In this document: piece after piece, positions 39,479 to 49,689 of the stretch
Layout: every line of letters begins with the position of its first letter
How positions within the stretch are numbered: position 1 is the first letter of the stretch
Assembly: GCA_017525475.1 (NCBI GenBank)
Contig: JAFXST010000028.1
Span: 11,656 to 75,655, forward strand
From: Kiritimatiellia bacterium
GTDB lineage: Bacteria > Verrucomicrobiota > Kiritimatiellia > RFP12 > UBA1067
Length of the DNA: 64,000 nt
Reading direction: 5' to 3'
Made by a program: the position numbers and the translations under genes
Notes under the pieces: generated by a model
Told to the model about the DNA's origin: nothing
The model's database searches: none
The model's input: the letters and a program-made list of their open reading frames with translations, nothing else

Positions 39479-41107
39479 CTATTCGACCAGTCTCCCGGTG
39501 ATATCTTGCTTGATTTCGTCCGAAATCACGAATACGGCGTCGGCCGCGCCCACGGTCGCATACCAGCCGTCGGCAGTGCGCGCGCCCACGAGGATGTTCT
39601 TGCGCGCGACGCCCGGCGTCGTCAGATCCACCGCCAACTGCCCGGTCGGCCGGTCGAGGCCGTAGGCGCTGAGCTCCGCGTCCGACACCTTGAGCCGCAC
39701 CACCTGTTTCGCCTTCATCTCTTCCAAAACCGTTAGCAGCCGCGCCACCGCACTTTCGTTGGCGCGCCGCCGGCCGTCCGACTCCTCCAGCATCCACACC
39801 TTGCGCTCGGGGTTGAACACGAGCTTGTCGTCCGCCACCACCAGGCGCTTGATATCTCCACGGGGGATTTTGACGATATCGAGGCTACGCAGATCCTCCA
39901 TGCGGTCGCTCCCGAACAGCGCGTCGCGATTCACCGCCACCGGCTCGCGATTGGTCGAAATCGAAACCAACACCCCGCCCGGCATGCGATCGGCGGCGTT
40001 GAGTTCGGCGATCCGGGCCGCCACCCTGCCGGCCGTACGCCGATCGGCCGGCGCGCTCACCGGCGATTCCAGCTGCCAGGAGCCGTCGGCCAGGCGATGC
40101 AGCAGGCAGTTGACGCCGCCGTCGTTGATGGTTATCGAATCGATCGAGGCCGCCTCCACCGGGAAGAGGCGCGAATCGCTGAACTTGTCGCCGCCCTTCT
40201 CCAAATCTTCCTTGAGTTTGGCGTCCACGGTCACGATGGCGCTGCCGCCGAAGACCGACGCGAACACCAGCCCGTCGCCGGCCCCCTTGCCGAAGCTGAC
40301 CGTGCGGTCGGCACCGTCCACGCCGTGCAGGGTAACGCTGAGCGCGGTTTCCGGGTCGAGCCCGTAGCCCGACAACAGCCCGATGCCCGCCACCGCCGTG
40401 CCGTCCTTCTCGTCCACCGGCCAGATGAAATCTTTGGCCTCGGCCTCCAGAAGTTCGCCCAGAAACTTGTTGAACCGCTCGTTGGTGGCGCGATTGCACT
40501 CGATGCGCAGGAACTTGCCCGCTTTAAGGCGAATATCCACCGTCGAGACCTCTTCGACGGACAGATTGACGAGCTGCCGCCGCCGGAAACCGTTCAAGTC
40601 CACGTCGGCCGCCGCAAACACGCTCTTGGGCAGCACGAACACCAGATTCTCGTCTTTGCGCGCGGCGTAAACGCCGTCGCCGGCGGGCAATTCGTCGCCG
40701 AACTCCACCTCGTAGACGCCCGAAGGCGTGAACGCCTCCACCATCAGCCGCGGTTTGTCGAGCCCGAAATCGCTCCGGGTCCGCCCCAGCCGCGCCAGTT
40801 CCGAATCCGACAGCGTCTCGTCGATCGCCGTAAAGCCGAGCGCGTCCTTGAGTGCCGCCACCTTCATCAATTCAGCTTCGCCGCTCACCGGGAACGTCAG
40901 TTTCCACTTGGCCGCGTTGGTGATGGCGAGGCTCCGCCCGTCCGGACGGCTGATCGCGAACGCCACCGCGTCGTCGGCCTCCGGGAGCAGCGAGCCGTGC
41001 ATGGCGATGCGGCTGCGCGAATTGCTCCGCAGCGACACCAAAAGATGCGCCGCCAAAATCAGCAGGATCGACAACAGCAGTTTGATGATTACGCCCGAGG
41101 ACTTCAC
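39479..41107 (-). CDS. DUF4340-domain protein
   Basis: N-terminal TM, 542 aa. It sits in the usual genomic position next to GldG-type ABC auxiliary components. Confidence 0.5.
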   Translation of the reverse strand: MKSSGVIIKLLLSILLILAAHLLVSLRSNSRSRIAMHGSLLPEADDAVAFAISRPDGRSLAITNAAKWKLTFPVSGEAELMKVAALKDALGFTAIDETLSDSELARLGRTRSDFGLDKPRLMVEAFTPSGVYEVEFGDELPAGDGVYAARKDENLVFVLPKSVFAAADVDLNGFRRRQLVNLSVEEVSTVDIRLKAGKFLRIECNRATNERFNKFLGELLEAEAKDFIWPVDEKDGTAVAGIGLLSGYGLDPETALSVTLHGVDGADRTVSFGKGAGDGLVFASVFGGSAIVTVDAKLKEDLEKGGDKFSDSRLFPVEAASIDSITINDGGVNCLLHRLADGSWQLESPVSAPADRRTAGRVAARIAELNAADRMPGGVLVSISTNREPVAVNRDALFGSDRMEDLRSLDIVKIPRGDIKRLVVADDKLVFNPERKVWMLEESDGRRRANESAVARLLTVLEEMKAKQVVRLKVSDAELSAYGLDRPTGQLAVDLTTPGVARKNILVGARTADGWYATVGAADAVFVISDEIKQDITGRLVE

Positions 41108-43152
41108 GACCGGTGGCTCCGTTTGAGGGCGTAGGCGATCATCGCCAGGAACAGCGCGAGCGGCACGCCCACCACCATCGTCGCCGCCGCGCGAATGCGC
41201 TCACGGCGATCGAAAGGCAGCGTCAGCACGCCCGGTTCCAGGCCCCCGCCCACCATGGCGTCCGCCCCCGACAGATACGCCACGATATTGAGGAAAAAGT
41301 CGCAATTGGCGTTTTTGCGCGCCGCCAGCTGTCCGTTCATGGCAAAGAGCGCATCGCCCACCACCGCCACGCGCGTAGGCCTGAGCGCCAGATCGCTACC
41401 CGTACCCGCGCCACGTTCGCCAACGGCGGCAAACGTCTGGCCGCCCGACATCGCCAGCGGCACGTACCCCACCTTGTCCGCACCCGCCCCGGCTTCGGCC
41501 GCGGCCGACGGCTGCATGGCCACGGGGCTGTCGAGGATAAGCTGCGTGCCCTTGAGCGGCTCGGTTATCGCATGATCGCCGAATTCGGTGATGATGAGGT
41601 CGCTGCCCGAAACCGTCCGGTTGGACTTGACCGCCACGGCGGGCACCGGCTTTACGCCCCACATCGGCAGCAGCGACCCCACGCCGGCGGCCTCGGCATT
41701 CTCCAGCATGGCCAGCATGCGGCCGCCGCCCATCAGATACGTCTCCAGCCGGGCGATTTCGGTGCGGGAAAAATCGGTCTTGGCCGCCGCCACCACCACC
41801 AGCGCGCAGTCTTCGGGCACCGTCTCCACCTTGGACAGCGCCAGTTTGCGGTTCACGTAGCCGTCGCGCGCCAATTCGCGGGCGATATCGCTCATGCCCC
41901 ACACGTCGTAGCGGTCGAACTCGGCTTCGCCGTGGCCCTCGGTCCAGTATACGGTTTTGCGGTGGGGATTGGCCACCAATTGCAAAATGGCGCTCGCGAG
42001 CTCGCGTTCGCCGAGACCGTCGGCGATCGGCACCGAAACCGTGCGGCGGGCGCGGCGCAAAACCACCGACTCGCTCTTGCCGCCCTGCCGCACCAGCCGT
42101 TCGGCCTCGCCCAGATCCCAACGCGGATCCACGAACTTGAGGCTGAGTTTGAGCCCGCCGGTCTGCTCCGCCTCGCGCTTGAGCGCGCGCAGCAAAAACA
42201 CCGTTTCCCTGAAGCGCCGGTCGCTCCGCGGCAGAAACGCTGCCGCTTCCACTTCGCCCTCGGCGCCGGCCAGGATGGAACGCGTGCGCGACGAAAACTC
42301 CCGCGCCGCGCCCACCGGCAGCTCCAGCGTGGCGTTCAGCCGCATCGCCAGCGACAACGTGAGCGCCGCCGCCACGATCGAGAGGAATATGACGAGCCGC
42401 GCCGAACGCCGGTACATCCTGGCGCTGTGGCCGGCGAACCTTAGAATCATCACGTAGCGCACGGCGATCACCAGCGCCAGCACGGTCAATACCGCATACC
42501 CCAGGAGCATGCCGGTCGAAACCACCCCCGAGGCCATATCCAGCACGTGCGCGTCCAAAATCATCTGCCCCATTTCGAGCCGCCGCTCGGGGAGCCACGA
42601 AACGGCCGCGAACCACAGCGCGCGCGGGATGATCACCGTAACCGTCAGCGCCGCCATCGCCGCCGCCGCCGCATGGCGGAACCGGGCCGACATCATCAGC
42701 CCCACCGCGCTCCACAGCGCGCTTTGGACGAGCAAGGCCGTCACGGCCAGCACCGGGAAATCGATTTCGAGGTCCATCGCCGCCAGCGTACCCCACACCG
42801 TAAACCAGCTCGTCAGGATGGCGGCGGCCATCATGGTGCAGACGCCCAGGAACTTGCCCATGACGAGTTCCAGTTCCGATACCGGCGCCGACAACAGCAG
42901 CTCGGCGCGGCCCGACAGCCGCTCGTCGCTCCACACGTCCATCGCCAGAAACGACGCGAGCATCGGCAGCACGGGGGAGAGCGACACCGCCCACAGTTCG
43001 CCGAGCGCGAGCCGCCCGCCTTCGCCCAGCTCCACGTTCACGCAGAAGCAAATGGCGGTACCGGCCCAAAACGCCCCCAGCGCCAGCGCCGTGGCGTAGA
43101 AATTGCGCGCCATGCCCAAGGTCCTCAGCCAAGTTACGCGCACCGGGCTCAT
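41104..43152 (-). CDS. Fused ABC-2 permease (GldF-like) and GldG-like periplasmic auxiliary component
   Basis: Starts MSPVRVTWLR. The N-terminal ~250 aa has six TM helices; the C-terminal ~430 aa GldG-like domain ends with a TM anchor. Confidence 0.6.
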   Translation of the reverse strand: MSPVRVTWLRTLGMARNFYATALALGAFWAGTAICFCVNVELGEGGRLALGELWAVSLSPVLPMLASFLAMDVWSDERLSGRAELLLSAPVSELELVMGKFLGVCTMMAAAILTSWFTVWGTLAAMDLEIDFPVLAVTALLVQSALWSAVGLMMSARFRHAAAAAMAALTVTVIIPRALWFAAVSWLPERRLEMGQMILDAHVLDMASGVVSTGMLLGYAVLTVLALVIAVRYVMILRFAGHSARMYRRSARLVIFLSIVAAALTLSLAMRLNATLELPVGAAREFSSRTRSILAGAEGEVEAAAFLPRSDRRFRETVFLLRALKREAEQTGGLKLSLKFVDPRWDLGEAERLVRQGGKSESVVLRRARRTVSVPIADGLGERELASAILQLVANPHRKTVYWTEGHGEAEFDRYDVWGMSDIARELARDGYVNRKLALSKVETVPEDCALVVVAAAKTDFSRTEIARLETYLMGGGRMLAMLENAEAAGVGSLLPMWGVKPVPAVAVKSNRTVSGSDLIITEFGDHAITEPLKGTQLILDSPVAMQPSAAAEAGAGADKVGYVPLAMSGGQTFAAVGERGAGTGSDLALRPTRVAVVGDALFAMNGQLAARKNANCDFFLNIVAYLSGADAMVGGGLEPGVLTLPFDRRERIRAAATMVVGVPLALFLAMIAYALKRSHRS

Positions 43153-43778
43153 ACTTTGCCGTTCTCCATCGTCAGGATCCGCGAAGCCCACTTGTTCATT
43201 TCGGCCGTTTCGTGGCCGGTGGCCACCACCGCCGAAAACGCCGCCGCCTCCTTGAGGATGGCCGGCATGGCCTCGCGCATTTCGGCGTCCAAGGCTGCCA
43301 TGAAATCGTCGAGGAGCACCACCCGCGGCCGCAGCAAGAACGCATCCGCCAGCGCCACCCGCTTCTGCTGCCCGTACGACAGGTTCTTGATCGGCCGCCG
43401 CTGCAGGTCGCCGAGGCGCATGAGTTCGAGGCCGTCCTCCACCCGCCTGCGGATGCGCCGCTTGAGTTCGCCCTTGAGCCGCGCGCGGTAGACGAGGTAT
43501 TCCTTTACCGTCATGTCTTCGTACAGCGCCACCCGCTCGGGCAGGTACCCGAGCTGCCGCCGGTACCACATGGTGTCGGCGAGCGCGTCCTTGCCGTCGA
43601 ACGACACCTGGCCCGAGGTCGGCACGAGGAGCGTGGCCAGCAGCTTCATCAGCGTGGTCTTGCCGCACCCGTTGGCGCCGGTTATCGCCACCGTTTCGCC
43701 GGGCGACACCACGAAGCTCACATCCTTGAGGATGGGAGTTTTGGTGTAGCCGAACGAAATATTCCTTACTTCAAACAT
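43149..43778 (-). CDS. ABC transporter ATP-binding protein (GldA-like)
   Basis: Walker A GANGCGKTT, signature LSYGQQKR and Walker B LLDD. Confidence 0.8.
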   Translation of the reverse strand: MFEVRNISFGYTKTPILKDVSFVVSPGETVAITGANGCGKTTLMKLLATLLVPTSGQVSFDGKDALADTMWYRRQLGYLPERVALYEDMTVKEYLVYRARLKGELKRRIRRRVEDGLELMRLGDLQRRPIKNLSYGQQKRVALADAFLLRPRVVLLDDFMAALDAEMREAMPAILKEAAAFSAVVATGHETAEMNKWASRILTMENGKV

Positions 43779-44029
43779 GCCGCCACGTCGCGCCGGATGT
43801 TTTCCTTGGCCAGTTGCATCGAATCGTACTTGAGGCTCAAAATCCCGTTTTTCAAGAGAATGGTCCCGGCCTGCACGCCATCGTAGCGCCCCAGCGCCGC
43901 CTTGACCTTGCCGAGTTGCGCGTCGGTGAGCTCCGGGAACGGCTCGGCGAACTCGCGCAAATCCTCGCGGCGGCAGCCGGACAGGCCCGCGATCGCGAAA
44001 ACAAGCGCTATGGACAACAGCTTAGGCAT
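43766..44029 (-). CDS. Small lipoprotein
   Basis: MPKLLSIALVFAIAGLSGC carries a lipobox. 87 aa. Confidence 0.45.
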   Translation of the reverse strand: MPKLLSIALVFAIAGLSGCRREDLREFAEPFPELTDAQLGKVKAALGRYDGVQAGTILLKNGILSLKYDSMQLAKENIRRDVAACLK

Positions 44030-45206
44030 ACGTGCTTACGTCGGAACCGGGCCCGAACGGCGAAAGCTCGCGGAGTTTGCGGATCACGGGCGGTATCGCC
44101 TCCAGGGCGTAGTCCACCTCGTCCATCGTGTTGTAGCGCGACAGCGAGAACCTTACGCTCCCGTGCACCGCCACAAAAGGCACGCCCATCGCCCTGATCA
44201 CATGGCTCGGGTCGAGCGACCCCGACGCGCACGCCGAACCCGTCGATACGCAAATCCCGAGGTCCGAAAGATGGTAGGCTATCGCCTCGCCCTCGATATA
44301 CTTGAACGACACGTTCAAAGTGCCGGGCAGGCGACTAAAGCGATCGCCGTTGACGATCATGTCGGGGCAGGCTGCCAAAAGCCCCGCCTCGAGCTTGTCG
44401 CGCATGGCCTTGAGGCGCACGGCCTCGTCGGCCATCAGGCCTTGCGCGAGGCTGCAGGCCTTGGCGAGGCCCACGATGTACGGCACGTTTTCGGTGCCAG
44501 CTCTGAGGCCCCGCTCCTGATGGCCGCCCAGCATGAACGGCTTGAGGTGCGTGCCCTTGCGCACGTAAAGGAGCCCCACGCCCTTGGGCGCATGGAACTT
44601 GTGGCCCGACATAGCGAGCAAATCCACGCCGACCTTCTTGACGTCCACCGGGATTTTGCCGGCCACCTGCACCGCATCGGTATGGAGGATGGCGCCATGC
44701 TCGCGGCAGATTTCCGCGACTTGCGCCATGGGGAAGACTACCCCGGTCTCGTTGTTGGCCCACATCACCGAGACTAGCGCCTTGTTGGTGCCGGCGAGTT
44801 GGGCTTCAAGTTCGTCGAGATCGAGCCGACCGAGATTGTCCACGCCCACTTCGGCCACCTGATAGCCCTGGGCCTTCAGGCGCCGGCAAGGCTGCAGCAC
44901 GGCCGGATGCTCCACCTTGGTGGTGACGATCTTGGTCCCCGGCCCGTAGAATTCCGCCGCGCCGCGAAGAGCCGTATTGTCCGATTCGGTGGCGCACGAG
45001 GTGAAGATTATCTCTTCGGGCGACGCGTTCAAAAAGGCGGCCACTTCCTCGCGCGCGGCATCGAGGTGCCGGGCGACATCACCGCCAAACGCATGCATGG
45101 AACTGGGGTTGCCGTAGGCGTCCGAAAAGAACGGAAGCATCGCTTCCGTCACCTCCGGCGCAACCCGCGTAGTGGCGTTGTTGTCAAAATAGACTATTCT
45201 TCTCAT
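44022..45206 (-). CDS. nifS: Cysteine desulfurase (NifS/IscS family)
   Basis: Carries SGHKFHAPKG (PLP-lysine) and the active-site-loop cysteine SACASGS. Confidence 0.85.
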   Translation of the reverse strand: MRRIVYFDNNATTRVAPEVTEAMLPFFSDAYGNPSSMHAFGGDVARHLDAAREEVAAFLNASPEEIIFTSCATESDNTALRGAAEFYGPGTKIVTTKVEHPAVLQPCRRLKAQGYQVAEVGVDNLGRLDLDELEAQLAGTNKALVSVMWANNETGVVFPMAQVAEICREHGAILHTDAVQVAGKIPVDVKKVGVDLLAMSGHKFHAPKGVGLLYVRKGTHLKPFMLGGHQERGLRAGTENVPYIVGLAKACSLAQGLMADEAVRLKAMRDKLEAGLLAACPDMIVNGDRFSRLPGTLNVSFKYIEGEAIAYHLSDLGICVSTGSACASGSLDPSHVIRAMGVPFVAVHGSVRFSLSRYNTMDEVDYALEAIPPVIRKLRELSPFGPGSDVSTYA

Positions 45207-45218
45207 TGTTGAATGGAT

Positions 45219-45250
45219 ATTATACCATATTCCTGCCCGAAAATCAATAG
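45219..45250 (-). promoter_or_regulatory. Sigma70-type promoter. -35 TTGATT, spacer 17 nt, extended -10 TGGTATAAT. The -10 ends about 12 nt from the nifS ATG, giving a near-leaderless mRNA
   Basis: Reverse complement reads ccctaTTGATTttcgggcaggaataTGGTATAATatccattcaacaATG. Confidence 0.55.
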
Positions 45251-45318
45251 GGGCTAAATAAAAAGTTTGCCCCTACGGCCTGATATTAGGCCATCGTTTT
45301 CCTGGTTTCGACCAAAAG

Positions 45319-46935
45319 TTAGGCGGAGCGCTCGGCGAGTTCGGCCCAGCGGTCGACGAGACCGTCGAGTTCGGTCTGGGCGGCGGCGAGGCGATGGCAT
45401 TCGTCGGCACTGCCGGCGCCTGTGGCCAGCTTGGCGTTGAGTGTGGCCACTTCCTGTTCCAGCGCCTCGATCCGGCCGGGAAGTACGGCGAGCTCGCGCT
45501 GCTCGTTGTACGAAAGCTTCTTGCGCTTTTGCTCCTCCGGCGGCGGTGCGGCACGTTCCTGCTCTGGCGCCGCCGGAGCCTTGGCGTCCGCCACGGCAGC
45601 CGCTTGACTTGCGCCCAACTCCCCGAGGTTCAAGGTGCCGGTGACCACATTGTCCATAAACTCGCGATCGTGGCTCACGAGTAGGATGGTTCCCTTGAAC
45701 TCCATCAACTCCTCTTCCAGGAGTTCCAGCGTTTCGATATCGAGGTCGTTGGTGGGCTCGTCCATCACAATGAGATTGGCTGGCTTCAGAAAGAGTTTGG
45801 CAAGGATAAGCCGCGCCCGTTCGCCGCCGGAAAGCGCCTTGACCGGGGTGCGGCAACGCTCGGGCGTAAACAGAAATTTGGCGAGATACGCATACGGCGT
45901 ATCGCCCGGCATGTTCTCGAGCACGCTAAGTTCCGGCTTGAGTTCGCTGCGCAACTGATCGAAAAACACCATCTCCACATTGGTGCCGAGCGTAACCTTG
46001 CCGCTGGTGGGTTGGAGGCGGCCGGTGAGAAGTTTGAGGAGCGTAGTCTTGCCCGAACCGTTGGCGCCAGCCAACCCCAGACGCTCGCCCCGCAAGATAT
46101 CCATGGTCAGATGTTCGACGATCGGACTTTTGCCGGGGTAGGCAAAGGTCATATCCTCCACCTTGATTACGCGCACGCCCCCGGGGAGCGCCGAATCGAT
46201 GCGCAGCGCCGCGGTACCCAGCGCCTTGCGGCGCGCGGCGAACTCCTTGCGCAGTTCCACGAGCGCGGCCACCCGGCCCTCGTTGCGGGTGCGCCGGGCC
46301 TTGACGCCCTTGCGGATCCACGCCTCCTCCTCGCGCAGCTTCTTGGCCTTGCGTTCCCAATACACGGCCTCGTCGGCCATCAACTCGGCCTTGCGGCGCA
46401 CGAAGGTGGTGTAATCGCACTCCCAGCCGCTCAGTTCGCCGCGGTCAAGGTCGTAGATGCGCGTGGCGATGCGCCTCAAAAACCGGCGGTCGTGCGTAAC
46501 CACGAGGAGCGACAGGTCGCGTTGGCGCTTGATCATCGATTCGAGCCAGTCGATGCTCTCGGTATCGAGGTGGTTGGTGGGCTCGTCCAGGAGGAGGAGG
46601 TCGGGTCGCGAGAGTAGCGCCTCGGAGAGGATCTGCCGCCGGCGCATGCCACCCGAGAGTGCATTGAATGCGTTATCTCCCGGCCGGTCGGCCGGAACCG
46701 CCTGCGAAACGTATACCACCTTGAGGCCCGGCGCGCGCACGATCTGCCCCGAATCGGGTTCTAGCTCGCCCGCAATCACTTTGAGGAGCGTGGATTTGCC
46801 TTCGCCGTTGCGCCCGGTGAGCGCGGCGCGCATGCCCTTGGCGATCGACATTGTAACCTTGTCGAGCACGTTGGGCCCGCCGTAGGCGAGCGAAACCTCG
46901 CTAAGCGAAAGCTGAAAGTCGCTCATGGCCGCCAA
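45319..46935 (-). CDS. ABC-F family ATPase (two ABC domains plus a C-terminal coiled coil, Uup/EttA-like)
   Basis: Two Walker A/signature pairs. The C-terminal helical tail is charged. Confidence 0.8.
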   Translation of the reverse strand: MAAMSDFQLSLSEVSLAYGGPNVLDKVTMSIAKGMRAALTGRNGEGKSTLLKVIAGELEPDSGQIVRAPGLKVVYVSQAVPADRPGDNAFNALSGGMRRRQILSEALLSRPDLLLLDEPTNHLDTESIDWLESMIKRQRDLSLLVVTHDRRFLRRIATRIYDLDRGELSGWECDYTTFVRRKAELMADEAVYWERKAKKLREEEAWIRKGVKARRTRNEGRVAALVELRKEFAARRKALGTAALRIDSALPGGVRVIKVEDMTFAYPGKSPIVEHLTMDILRGERLGLAGANGSGKTTLLKLLTGRLQPTSGKVTLGTNVEMVFFDQLRSELKPELSVLENMPGDTPYAYLAKFLFTPERCRTPVKALSGGERARLILAKLFLKPANLIVMDEPTNDLDIETLELLEEELMEFKGTILLVSHDREFMDNVVTGTLNLGELGASQAAAVADAKAPAAPEQERAAPPPEEQKRKKLSYNEQRELAVLPGRIEALEQEVATLNAKLATGAGSADECHRLAAAQTELDGLVDRWAELAERSA

Positions 46936-46964
46936 AGGCAGAAAAGGCGCGGATTGCCCGCGCC
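46930..46964 (-). terminator. Rho-independent terminator-like hairpin after pgk (GGCGCGG-caatc-CCGCGCC followed by UUUUCUGCCUUU on the minus strand)
   Basis: Stem 46946-46952 pairs with 46958-46964. The U-tract lies at 46935-46945, and the element overlaps the start region of the ABC-F gene. Confidence 0.5.
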
Positions 46965-46996
46965 CTTCCTGTTGCCAAACCTAAAGGCAAAAGCGA

Positions 46997-48289
46997 TCAA
47001 AGATCGTTCAAGGCCGCTACGCCGGGGAGTACCTTACCTTCGAGGAACTCGAGGCTGGCGCCGCCACCGGTGGAGATGTGCGACATTTCCGCCGCCTTAC
47101 CCGACTTCTTGACCGCGCTCACGCTGTCGCCACCGCCGATGATGGAGGTGCCGCCGTTGGCCTTGACGGTTGCGACCGCGTCGCAAACGCCGTAAGTGCC
47201 CTTGGCGAGCGGCGCGAATTCGAAGCAGCCCATGGGGCCGTTCCAGACCACCGTCTGGGCGCCCTTGATGGCTTCGGCGAAAAGCTCCACCGACTTGGGC
47301 CCGATATCCAGACCCATCCAACCGTCTTCGATGTCGCCCTCGGTCACCTTGATGGTGATGTCGCTGGCGTCCTTCTCGGCCGGGAATTTATCGGCCACCA
47401 CGTTATCGACGGGTAGGAGGATCTTGACTCCCTTGGCCTCGGCGGCCTTGAGCATTTCGCCGCAGTAGGCCACCTGATCGTCCTCGCAAAGCGAAGCGCC
47501 GACCTTGATGCCCTGGGCCTTCTTGAAGGTGTAGGCCATGCCGCCGCCGATGATGAGCGTATCGACCTTGGCGAGGAGGTTCTTGACCACCGCGAGCTTG
47601 TCGCTCACCTTGGCGCCGCCCAGAATGGCGACGAAGGGACGCACGGGATTCTCCACCGCGTCGCCCAGGAACTTGAGCTCCTTCTCGAGGAGAAAGCCCG
47701 AAACCGCCGGTTGGAGATAGCTGGCGATAACCGCCGTGGAGGCGTGGGCGCGGTGCGCCGTGCCGAAAGCGTCGTTGCAGTAGATGTCGCCGTAGGAAGC
47801 GAGCTTCTTGGCCATCGCCTCGCGGGCGGCTTTGAGCTCGGCCTTCTTGGTGGCGTATTCTTCGTCGGTCAGATGGATGCCCTTCTTCTCGTCGTCCTTC
47901 TTGACCTTGCCGTCCTCGGCCTTGTAGAAGCGGGTATTCTCGAGGAGCGCCACTTCGCCCGGTTGGAGCGCGGCGACGATAGCATCGGCGGCCATGCAAT
48001 CGGGGGCGAACTTGACCTCGCGCCCGAGCTTGCGGGAGAGCTCCTCGGCCACGGGCTTGAGCGAGAACGCCTCCTCGTAGCCCTTGCCCTTGGGACGCCC
48101 GAGGTGCGACATCAGCACCAGCGAGCCGCCCTGCGCGAGCACGTACTCGATGGAGGGGAGCGCCGCCACGATACGGGTGTCGTCGGTGATCTTGCCCGAG
48201 CCGTCCTTGGCCATGGGCACGTTGAAGTCGACGCGCATCACCACGCGCTTGCCCGCGAGGGCAACGTCACGCAAAGTCTTCTTGGCCAT
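46997..48289 (-). CDS. pgk: Phosphoglycerate kinase, carrying an extra ~35-45-aa Lys/Glu-rich insertion
   Basis: N- and C-terminal PGK motifs are intact. The insert is [46 protein letters not shown]. Confidence 0.9.
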   Translation of the reverse strand: MAKKTLRDVALAGKRVVMRVDFNVPMAKDGSGKITDDTRIVAALPSIEYVLAQGGSLVLMSHLGRPKGKGYEEAFSLKPVAEELSRKLGREVKFAPDCMAADAIVAALQPGEVALLENTRFYKAEDGKVKKDDEKKGIHLTDEEYATKKAELKAAREAMAKKLASYGDIYCNDAFGTAHRAHASTAVIASYLQPAVSGFLLEKELKFLGDAVENPVRPFVAILGGAKVSDKLAVVKNLLAKVDTLIIGGGMAYTFKKAQGIKVGASLCEDDQVAYCGEMLKAAEAKGVKILLPVDNVVADKFPAEKDASDITIKVTEGDIEDGWMGLDIGPKSVELFAEAIKGAQTVVWNGPMGCFEFAPLAKGTYGVCDAVATVKANGGTSIIGGGDSVSAVKKSGKAAEMSHISTGGGASLEFLEGKVLPGVAALNDL

Positions 48290-48292
48290 GGC

Positions 48293-48589
48293 TTAAGCCT
48301 CCTTGGCGGTGGCCTTGGCTGCCATCTTGTTGAGCTTGAGCTGGGCGCGGCTCTTCTTGCGGTCGGCGGTATTCTTCTTGATGATACCCTTCTTCACCGC
48401 CTTGTCGAGACCCGAGACGAACTCCTTGAACTTCTTGCCCGCAGTCTCCTGTTCGCCCGCATCGGCGGCCTTGAACAGCTTCTTGTGCGAGTCGTGAAGC
48501 TTCGCCTTGACGACGGAGTTACGCTTGTTCGCCTTAGCATTCTGACGATCACGCTTCCTGGCGGCACGACCGCCCTTGATGTTAGCCAT
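48293..48589 (-). CDS. rpsT: 30S ribosomal protein S20
   Basis: Basic 98-aa protein with an S20-like sequence. Its stop lies 4 nt before the pgk start. Confidence 0.85.
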   Translation of the reverse strand: MANIKGGRAARKRDRQNAKANKRNSVVKAKLHDSHKKLFKAADAGEQETAGKKFKEFVSGLDKAVKKGIIKKNTADRKKSRAQLKLNKMAAKATAKEA

Positions 48590-48627
48590 TGTTCTTTATC
48601 TCCTTGGTTTGGAAAATTTTTCTGTAT

Positions 48628-48660
48628 ATTTTACCATATCCGCCCGCAAAAATCAATAGG
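48628..48660 (-). promoter_or_regulatory. Sigma70-type promoter. -35 TTGATT, spacer 17 nt, extended -10 TGGTAAAAT
   Basis: Reverse complement reads ccTATTGATTtttgcgggcggataTGGTAAAATataca. Confidence 0.5.
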
Positions 48661-48665
48661 TAATC

Positions 48666-49235
48666 TTACAAAAGATGCTGACCGCCGTCCACCGGGATTA
48701 CGGCGCCACAGATGGTGGGCGACTCCAAAAGGAACCTTACCGCTGCGGCCACCGCCTCGGGCGTGGGGCGGCCAAAGGGCGTAAGCCCGGCCGCCTCGTG
48801 CACCGCGACCGGAGCGATTACAGGCCCCGGCGCCACCGCGTTGACTCTTACGCCCGCGTGGAATTTAAGCGTCTCCTTAAGCAAAAGCCATTTGGAGCGA
48901 CAATAGCATTCTTCCGGCTCCGAGGCGAGGTTCAAGATGCGGTTATCGAGGATATTTACCACGTTGGGCGCCAATTTCTCCGCAATAATGCGCTTGGGGG
49001 CCAAGTAGTTGACGGCCATAATATCGGCCTCGGGGCCCGTGAAGAGTCCGGCATTGTTGACGATGGCGTCGAACTTGGGGAGACTCCACTCGCCGCGGAA
49101 ATCGGCAAGGTAGTCGGCCCCGGCGTCCGGTCGATGCGAAGACACGGCAACTTCGTAGCCGCAAGCGCGCAAGTGCGCGGCGATGGCGAGCCCCAGCCGG
49201 GTGGTGCCGCCCGTAACCAAGACCTTATGCCGCAC
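48666..49235 (-). CDS. Short-chain dehydrogenase/reductase (SDR) family oxidoreductase
   Basis: VLVTGGTTRLG Rossmann motif and NNAG. Confidence 0.65.
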   Translation of the reverse strand: MRHKVLVTGGTTRLGLAIAAHLRACGYEVAVSSHRPDAGADYLADFRGEWSLPKFDAIVNNAGLFTGPEADIMAVNYLAPKRIIAEKLAPNVVNILDNRILNLASEPEECYCRSKWLLLKETLKFHAGVRVNAVAPGPVIAPVAVHEAAGLTPFGRPTPEAVAAAVRFLLESPTICGAVIPVDGGQHLL

Positions 49236-49689
49236 CGGTAAGCATCCCCAATGCGTGGATTACCGCCTGCTCGCGCACCTTTGCGCGGTCGCCCGGGAAA
49301 AGCACTTTCTCGGTGCGCACGCCCGCTTGGGAGGCGATACCGAACCAGACGAGGCCCACCGGCTTTTCGTCGCTGCCGCCCTTGGGCCCGGCGATGCCGG
49401 TGACGCTGACGGCCAAATCCGCCCCGGTGAGCCGCCGCGCGCCCTCGGCCATCTGCGCCGCACACTCCGAGGAGACCGCGCCCTTGGTCCGGAGCGTCGC
49501 TTCGCTGACGCCCAACACCTTCTGCTTCATATAGTTGGCGTAACTGATGATGCCCCCCAAGAACACGTCGCTCGAACCGGGTACGGCGGTGATGGCGGTA
49601 CCCACCCCGCCGCCGGTACAACTCTCGGCGGTGGCGCAGGTGAGATTTTTGGCTCGCAACAGCTCGATCAGATTTTTGGCGGCTGGCAT
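49225..49689 (-). CDS. pncC: CinA C-terminal-domain protein (nicotinamide-nucleotide amidohydrolase PncC-like)
   Basis: Starts MPAAKNLIELLRAKNLTCATAESCTGG, which carries the conserved CinA_C motif. Confidence 0.75.
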   Translation of the reverse strand: MPAAKNLIELLRAKNLTCATAESCTGGGVGTAITAVPGSSDVFLGGIISYANYMKQKVLGVSEATLRTKGAVSSECAAQMAEGARRLTGADLAVSVTGIAGPKGGSDEKPVGLVWFGIASQAGVRTEKVLFPGDRAKVREQAVIHALGMLTGAA

